A program made the position numbers and the translations under genes. From Thecamonas trahens ATCC 50062 (lineage: Eukaryota > Protista > Apusomonadida): a stretch of 64,000 bases of DNA. Shown here piece after piece: positions 58,401 to 64,000 of this stretch; the stretch's first letter is position 1, and the number at the start of each line of letters is the position of its first letter. The notes beneath the pieces are model-generated. The model saw nothing but the letters and a program-made list of their open reading frames with translations. It ran no database searches and was not told where the DNA came from. Location: contig NW_013657662.1 of NCBI RefSeq assembly GCF_000142905.1, positions 434,001 to 498,000 of the forward strand. Direction: 5' to 3'.

Positions 58401-60612
58401 GCGGCCCCGCGTCACGCAAGCCATAACTTGCGTGATGCTTCTCGCTCGCCTCTTCTTGCTCCTCGAGTGAAGCACCGCTAGACGATAGCGAGCAGCCTTG
58501 GAGGTTGCGATGTCGAGGCGGCGGCGGCGACGCGCCCGCCTGCCCTGCGGTTTGACGACGCCAGCGAGTGCTTGTCTCATTGGTAGGGTTGTGGGCAATG
58601 GCTGACGAAGACGAGGCACGAACAAGGGTGTGGGATGAGGTGTCCGAAGCCTGACCGGCAAGCTGCGATTCAGCGTAGCTTGCATGGCTGGTGCCGTCGA
58701 GGGTTGGCGCGACGCGCGGCGGAACAGCGCGGCGCGCCGAGACCGGCGGCGAGATGGTTTGGATGGGCATGACGTTGCGTGGCGGGATGCGCGGAGCGGC
58801 GGGCTTGTTGATACGACCTGGTGGAAGGGAGCGAACCGAGGACGGTCGTCCGGCTTCCTGGGCGGTGCTTGAGTCTGAAACGGGGGACGACGATGATGAT
58901 GATGAGGAGGAGGCCGCGGCGCGGATATTGTCGGGCTCATCGCCAGGGCCCAGGCCTTGAGGTGTGTTGGCGAGAGTGCCGGCGAGGGCCTTGGACGAGG
59001 TGTGCGGTGATGGCGGGTCCGAGATAGATGAGCTTGAGGAAGACGTTGTCGCCGCCGACGATGAGGAGCGGCGACGGTGGCTGGTGCGCTTGGGCGGCGC
59101 AAGGTGGGCCGAGGAGACCGAGTCTGCGGACGAGTCGGAGGCGTCGTGTTTGGCGGAGGCGTGCGAGACGTGGGTTGCGATGTGGTCGGCCTGCGAGGGG
59201 GCGTGGACGAAAAAGGCAGTGTCCGCGCCGTAGGCGACGCCGTTGATGGAGCAAGCCTTGAAGGCCATGTAGTTTTGAGTAAGTGTGCCGGTCTTGTCTG
59301 AGAAGATGTACTGGACCTGGCCGAGCTCCTCATTGAGCGAGGAGGTGCGCGACATGGCGGGAGTGTCCTTGGGCGGGTAGTACATGGTGATGTCCTGGTC
59401 GATGAGCTTGGACTGGCCAAACTTGACGGTTTCCATCGAGACGTAGAGCGAAATGGGGATGAGGGTGGAGAAGAGGATGACAAAGGTGAGGAAAGAGAGA
59501 GCGCCAGCAGCGCGTGGGTTGACGTTGCCAAGGGCGAGGTAGTGGGCCGAATGAGTGTTGCGGCGGAGCCAGACTGAGTTGCCGACGGCGCAGACAAGGC
59601 AAAGAGAGACCTCAAGAATAAACATGCCGATGATGAGGCGATTTGTGAGGCGCTCGACGCGCGACTGCTTCATGCGGACGCGGTTGGACGACTTCATGAT
59701 CTTGGTGTCACGGCCAGTGTAGACGACGAGACCGTAGATCTCTGCGGTGTTGCGCAGTTGCGAGTCGCGGAGGAGGATTTGCTGGTTGGTGACCTTGATG
59801 CCCGAGGCGAGGGTGGCAGCCTGCGGGCGGGCGCGCGAGGCCTCGGAAAATTGCATCAGCGAGCCAGCCGAGGGCAGGGCGCGGAGCGGGGGGCGTTGGT
59901 GCGAAGCGGGCGGCGGCTGGACGCTAGCCGAAAAGTGGTGAGGCGGAAGGAGGCGAAGGACACCGTTGAAGGAGTACATGGCCGAGTTTGGCGGATCGCA
60001 CTCGAGCTCTGCACGGAGCGAGAGCAGCTGGTCAAGGTCCACGGAGGCCGTGGCGGGAGGGGCCTGGCGGATCTTGAGGTTTGACTCGCCGTCGAGGTTT
60101 GAAGTCTCGATGTAGCACATACCCTGCGGGCCGGAGGAGGCGATGACCATGATGTCAGCGGGGAAGAACTGCTTGTTGGTGACGTTGACAATGTCACCTA
60201 CGACGAGATCCTGCCAGCGGACGGGCATCTTGACGCCGTTTCTCACGACTATGGTCTGACGTTGATTGACAACTCGATCATTGACATGACGATGATAGTC
60301 CTCAAGAGCCTCCTTGATGGCGGTAAACATGAGAACAATGGCAAGGGTCATTGCCACCGTGCCTGTGCCCAGAGGAGAGACACCGGGGATCTGTTGCAAG
60401 ACGGCGATAAAGAGAAAGTAAACGTTGGCAATGCGATGGAACTGTTCCCAGAGGTTCTTCGGAACAAAGTTGAAGACGGTGTACTTTGACGTCGTTGTGT
60501 AGTTGGAGTTGAACTCGAGCGAGTCATTGTACTCTCTGTCATTCATCCGCAGCTTGCGCGGGACGACTGTCGGGGCAACCCGAACACCACGGGACGGCCA
60601 CGGCCAGCACAT
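55429..60612 (-). CDS. P4-type ATPase phospholipid flippase (ATP8A/DRS2-like)
   Basis: TSKYT, ETSNLDGESNLK, IPISLYVS, FSDKTGTLT, AASPDEGALV, VLTGDKQETA, AIGDGANDV, C-terminal GFAF. Confidence 0.96.
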   Translation of the reverse strand: MCWPWPSRGVRVAPTVVPRKLRMNDREYNDSLEFNSNYTTTSKYTVFNFVPKNLWEQFHRIANVYFLFIAVLQQIPGVSPLGTGTVAMTLAIVLMFTAIKEALEDYHRHVNDRVVNQRQTIVVRNGVKMPVRWQDLVVGDIVNVTNKQFFPADIMVIASSGPQGMCYIETSNLDGESNLKIRQAPPATASVDLDQLLSLRAELECDPPNSAMYSFNGVLRLLPPHHFSASVQPPPASHQRPPLRALPSAGSLMQFSEASRARPQAATLASGIKVTNQQILLRDSQLRNTAEIYGLVVYTGRDTKIMKSSNRVRMKQSRVERLTNRLIIGMFILEVSLCLVCAVGNSVWLRRNTHSAHYLALGNVNPRAAGALSFLTFVILFSTLIPISLYVSMETVKFGQSKLIDQDITMYYPPKDTPAMSRTSSLNEELGQVQYIFSDKTGTLTQNYMAFKACSINGVAYGADTAFFVHAPSQADHIATHVSHASAKHDASDSSADSVSSAHLAPPKRTSHRRRSSSSAATTSSSSSSISDPPSPHTSSKALAGTLANTPQGLGPGDEPDNIRAAASSSSSSSSSPVSDSSTAQEAGRPSSVRSLPPGRINKPAAPRIPPRNVMPIQTISPPVSARRAVPPRVAPTLDGTSHASYAESQLAGQASDTSSHTLVRASSSSAIAHNPTNETSTRWRRQTAGQAGASPPPPRHRNLQGCSLSSSGASLEEQEEASEKHHASYGLRDAGPQPANCPLLTGRPIPHVVFDDDGDRLKAALLDPETGDAIREFAELLGVCHTVIPEIDFVGGNDSDDDVANDDANDGSKPAVIYQAASPDEGALVNAAKMFGYEFHTRTPSSVTVSVFGQDVEYPILAILPFTSARKRSSVVVQRPNGEILVLTKGADVVVMELLDSFTLNNSRIAPSTQSHLDRFAAQGLRTLVVAKRVVSPGLWASWSEELDRLENLPESSEKSAALAAIYDDIESELVLVGATAIEDKLQDGVPEALATLREAGIKVWVLTGDKQETAIMIGYSCQLLTPNMQVIVLNASEEAKVATNRDELDRVRALLLSFMEDQVAAIASAIDGPEAVNYAVVIDGYTMRMILGEPGSGSFSLFDRFRNPVEEEDMLTVRLREAFLDLAVECVSVIGCRVSPAQKAQMVRFVQAHLDPVSLAIGDGANDVDMIREANIGIGISGEEGGQAALAADYALAQFRFLLPLLLVHGHWCYHRISTLIFYCFYKNMALTLIPFWFVFFNGFSGQTFVERWTIAMYNTLFTALPIITMGLYDQVLRRTSLLQYPKLYYRGQDNKYFDGWAFASWVASAVFHSIVFFFFVEAALAHNVHGPDGRVFGLFSNGVHIFTAVVIAVNLKAALELSTWNIVTVSALAASLVLYFGWLVGFSYVASFFRDAVNMYFVGTTVIATPTFWFLGLLVPVLALLPDYTLKYLRRWYYPEPADIVKELKVTADDEHIGIRAALQAVHTLLQTVVPVWPDAILPHPSGFAFEAEPEGHIQAITDPTNGSHGRNAAVAAPAFARPHVGTGASSGGGPLPRGGSGSRSLGVQQNVGRIRAVIADADADADTGSSRSAGGSWSSRAPPSLAESAPVVNTRGARHGVTGAPRRVAGTASSVTAEPGAGRAFALSTAPAAMLSRPRPATVSSPSGLAPFMPPGEGGHAPVPGSASSLGPGTDQARSWQNIRSFQESIDELSTAAASIAAESVDGRSRSRSGSRRRRSRRR

Positions 60613-61644
60613 GCGCCTAACGAGTAATAGTGGTGGGGTGAGGGAGAGGAGCGAGCGAGCGAGAGAGAGGTGGTGGTGGAGATGTAGAGAGTGTGTGTGG
60701 TGAGGGTGTGGAGGTGATAGGTGTGAGAGTGTGGCTGTGGGTGCGGTGCGGGGGAGGGTGGTGGTGGGTGGCGCGGAATTGAGCTGGAACTGTTGATGAT
60801 GGTGGAATGTGGTGGTGGTGGTGGTGGTGGTGGGGTGGGGGGGGGGGATGGGGATTGGGGGGAAGTAAGAGGGAATGCGATGGGGTCGAGTGATGGTGGT
60901 GGCGGACTGGTGTGTGATGGTTAGAGCAAGTGATGGCTAGCGTGTGTGATGGTGCTGACTGACATGGTCGTGGGATGTGTCCACGGGGGGGGGGAGGGGG
61001 GGGGGAAGAGAGTGAGGGACGAGAAGAGTGGGCTTGGGCTGGTATGGGGATGGATGACAGTCGTAGAGTCAAAGTTGGAGTCGAAGTCGGAGGGATCGGG
61101 TCGGGATCGGGTTGGGACTCGGCGAGAGTAGCCAGGGACGGGGTTTGGAGGAGTGGCAGTTGATCGGTGGCTGGAAGAGTGAACTGCTGGCCGAGGATTG
61201 TTGACGGCGCAGAGTCTACGGCTGGCGATGGCGCACAGGCGAAGCGGCAGCGAATGCTGGTTTGTCAATCATCTCTGGCTCCTGCATTGGTGGCCATGGT
61301 CCCTCCTTCGGCCTCAGCAGCGGATGTGCTATACACGCGCGTAGCGCACGGTGCTTCCGTCCCGCCGATAGTTGTCGCAGAGACGATGCAGTGTGCAGGA
61401 TGTGACGACAAGGTCGTGTGTGTGTGTGAGTGTGTGTGTGGGGGTTGGGTGTGTGTGTGGGGGCTGTTTGGTCTTGTGGGTGAAACCATGTGGCAGCATC
61501 TGGGTGATGACTGTGGCTGGCTGTGTGCCCTTTTTGTTGCGCGACGTCACACTCCAGCTGTTGGCAACCGTGGGCGTCATGGCCGTTGATTGCTGCAAAA
61601 GCAGCTAGTCATACTTATCTCTAGCTGTTGTAAGAACAAAGAAA

Positions 61645-63441
61645 ATGGATAGCATTGAGATCGGAGTGTGCAGCGTGTGCTTGGATGGCTACTCGGCTGA
61701 GAGGAAGCCAATGATCCTTGCGTGCGGACACTCGTTCTGCGAAGTCTGCATTCACCAGTGGAAGGCTGCTAACGGCGGGGCGCACTTGAAGTGCCCAGCG
61801 TGCAGGAGGCTTGCATCAGCATACCCTCCAGTCAACTACCAGCTACTCGAGACATGCATCGGGGTGCGTGCAGGGCAGATGGCGGCCGTAGAAGCCTCCA
61901 GCTGGCCGCTGTTCTGCAGCTGCAGCCATGACGGGAAGGATCAGCCGCTGGCGACTGTCCGGTGTCGCGACTGCCGCCAGTCGTTCTGCACCGATTGCTC
62001 AAAGGCAATCCATGTGTGGATCGGGGCGGCCAAGCATGAGGTAGTTCCTGTGATGTCGGTGCGCTCAGGCGTTGATAGCGCACCCATCTGCCCCCAGCAC
62101 AACATGCCGTGGGTATGGGTGTGCAGCGAGGCCGAGTGCAGCGGGAGGCGTCTGGGATGCGCGGCGTGCATTGCTCGGGGCATTCATAAGGGGCATGATG
62201 TGGAGAAGCTGACAGATGCGCTTGATCGGCACCACAAGGAGCGAGTGCAAGTAGTGGAGCAGGTCAAGAAGTTTGCCGGCCAAGCGGCGGCGGCGAAGGA
62301 GCTGGCGCGGACGCAGAGGAAGGTACTCGCCAAGGTGGAGACCACGCTCACGGCCAAGATCACCAAATCATTTGACCGGTATGTCAAGAAAATCATAGCC
62401 CACAAGGCGAAGGCGCTTGCCGAACTAACGGCGAAGGTCCAGACCGCCAGCATGTCGCTGGATACGTTCGAATCGATGCTGGTGAATGAGACGAACAAGC
62501 TGGAGGCGGCTGCGGCGCAGATCGAGGCCAACACGGAGCAGATTGGTGCGCTGATCCTGGCCAAGAGCAACAAGCTGGTGAAGGAGAGCAAGCTGGCGCT
62601 GACAAAAGCGGCCAAGGCGACGTCGCTCCCGCCGACGTCGGTGACAATGTCTCGGAGAAATGCTAGGTTGCCGTCGGTGGAGGTGCAGCTCTCGGCCACA
62701 CCGGCCTCGAGCCTGTTGAGTTACACCTCGGCGCTCGGGATCTCCAGCATCACCGACACTGTTGCCAAAGTCGGGCCCAGCACCAACGGCATCGTCATGT
62801 CGCGGGGCTTCAAAGACGTTCGGCATCGGTTCGAGTTTATGCTGACGCCGCCGTCGGGCGCGCCGGATGATGCTGGCTGCAACGTCGGTGTCGGTGTGAC
62901 GAGTATGGCGACGTGGGACGCTCAGCTGCGCAACAGCGAGCAAACAATCATGTGGGCAATGGACAAGATCACAAGCGGCAAGAAGGAGGAGAAGCTCTCG
63001 ACAACTGCCAAGCTTGCTGCCGGCAAGGTCTGCGCCGTCGAGTACGACCCGCACAGCGGCGAGTTTGCGACGTTTGTCGAGGGTGCGTCGACTGGGATCC
63101 ACTTTCAGCGCGTCATCCGCGGCGACCTTCTCCACTTTATCTTGTCTGGCGATGCCAACTGGACCCTTACGTGCGTGTCGATGACCGCGGTTCCCAGTGT
63201 GAGTGCTGCCGCTGCTGGGTCGGCGTTTGCGGCGGTGGGCGAGGCTGCGATGCCGGCTGTGGGGACCAAGCGGCGGCGTGCTTTGTTGAGCGCAGGGGTA
63301 GCGACAACGGGCGGACCAGCCCAGGCCCTCTATCGACCGATGGCGCTTGCGGATGTGGCGCATGCTGGGGAACTAGCCTGTGGGGGGCAGATGAAGCGGC
63401 GGAGGATGCTCGGGCCCACGTCGACGTTGTCGCAGGGTTGA
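61645..63441 (+). CDS. TRIM/RBCC-like E3 ligase: RING, two B-boxes, coiled coil, SPRY-like domain
   Basis: CSVC..CGHSFCEVC..CPACR; CRDCRQSFCTDC..IH..KH; CPQH..C..C..CAAC..HKGH; heptad region; HRFEF..VGVGV..VEYDPHSGEFATFVEG. Confidence 0.8.
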   Translation: MDSIEIGVCSVCLDGYSAERKPMILACGHSFCEVCIHQWKAANGGAHLKCPACRRLASAYPPVNYQLLETCIGVRAGQMAAVEASSWPLFCSCSHDGKDQPLATVRCRDCRQSFCTDCSKAIHVWIGAAKHEVVPVMSVRSGVDSAPICPQHNMPWVWVCSEAECSGRRLGCAACIARGIHKGHDVEKLTDALDRHHKERVQVVEQVKKFAGQAAAAKELARTQRKVLAKVETTLTAKITKSFDRYVKKIIAHKAKALAELTAKVQTASMSLDTFESMLVNETNKLEAAAAQIEANTEQIGALILAKSNKLVKESKLALTKAAKATSLPPTSVTMSRRNARLPSVEVQLSATPASSLLSYTSALGISSITDTVAKVGPSTNGIVMSRGFKDVRHRFEFMLTPPSGAPDDAGCNVGVGVTSMATWDAQLRNSEQTIMWAMDKITSGKKEEKLSTTAKLAAGKVCAVEYDPHSGEFATFVEGASTGIHFQRVIRGDLLHFILSGDANWTLTCVSMTAVPSVSAAAAGSAFAAVGEAAMPAVGTKRRRALLSAGVATTGGPAQALYRPMALADVAHAGELACGGQMKRRRMLGPTSTLSQG

Positions 63442-63800
63442 TTCTTGCAGCAACGACAAACGTTGGGAAGCTGGCTATATCGCGACAAGTTCTAAAAGCA
63501 ACGATCGCGAGTGGAGCTGGAGAAGAGGAGAATGGGGTGGGTGGATTGTGGTGAGATCGGGTGTGATGGGCGGCTCGGGTCGGTCCATGGATTGACCGGC
63601 ATGTCGGGAGTCGCGGCAGCCGAGGAAGCGATTCGGTGCGCGCTGCAAGAACAGCAAGGCCAAAAAATACAGCCGTTGAGTGGACAAAAAGGGGGACATT
63701 CCGGGCGGAGCATAATCCACAAGTCATCAGAAAAAGGGGGCGAGGGGCGGGGGGGGGTACGGACAACACACCGCACCACTTATCTTAGACCGAAGCAAAC

Positions 63801-64000
63801 ATGTCTGCTGAGACCTTTGACCCCGCCCGCAAGCTCAACGTCGTCATCATTGGCCACGTCGATGCTGGCAAGTCCACCATGACCGGCCGTCTCATCTACG
63901 AGCTCGGCGGCATCGACGAGCGTGCCAAGGAGAAGCTCGAGCAGGCTGCTGCCGAGAACAACAAGGCCGGTTTCGCCTTTGCCTACTTCATGGACACGTC
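63801..64000 (+). CDS. EFL: EFL copy 3 (runs off the window end)
   Basis: Identical to the first 200 nt of the copy 2 CDS, preceded by the same 42-nt leader (63759-63800). Confidence 0.92.
   Translation, partial: MSAETFDPARKLNVVIIGHVDAGKSTMTGRLIYELGGIDERAKEKLEQAAAENNKAGFAFAYFMDT

Noticed and set aside
61167-61589. ORF with KRQRML resembling the TRIM tail
   Set aside because: Very short similarity, non-ATG start, and it runs into a (GT)n repeat.

Overview
GC-rich, intron-poor, gene-dense eukaryotic DNA from a flagellated protist. The style and gene content (nicolin-1, EFL, kinase-cyclase-kinase receptor) fit an apusomonad such as Thecamonas; this is inference, not a database result. About 26 protein-coding loci are supported: NICN1, an IQ-DH-PH-PH-ARM-SH3 RhoGEF, a 12-TM protein of three AWPM-19-like units, a voltage-sensor/class III cyclase fusion, a CH-CH coiled-coil protein with six repeats, two ELO elongases, EAPP, MRPL23, RNASEH2C (1 intron), a solute-binding-domain receptor with kinase-cyclase-kinase tail, a PiT transporter, an ABM protein, SLX4, COA3 (1 intron), three EFL copies, CPR, cytochrome b5 reductase, AGPS, a P4-ATPase, a TRIM-like ligase and three uncharacterised secreted or membrane proteins. 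Six genes are broken by single missing bases, five of them in homopolymer runs, most likely sequencing errors. There is also a piggyBac-like relic, an inverted repeat, microsatellites and a palindrome-rich 27-bp minisatellite. The most notable observations are the triplicated AWPM-19-like protein in a non-plant, two signalling proteins whose catalytic domains all look inactive, an unrecognised 6-copy repeat on an actin-binding protein, and near-zero spacing between convergent stop codons. All family assignments come from motif recognition by eye, without searches.
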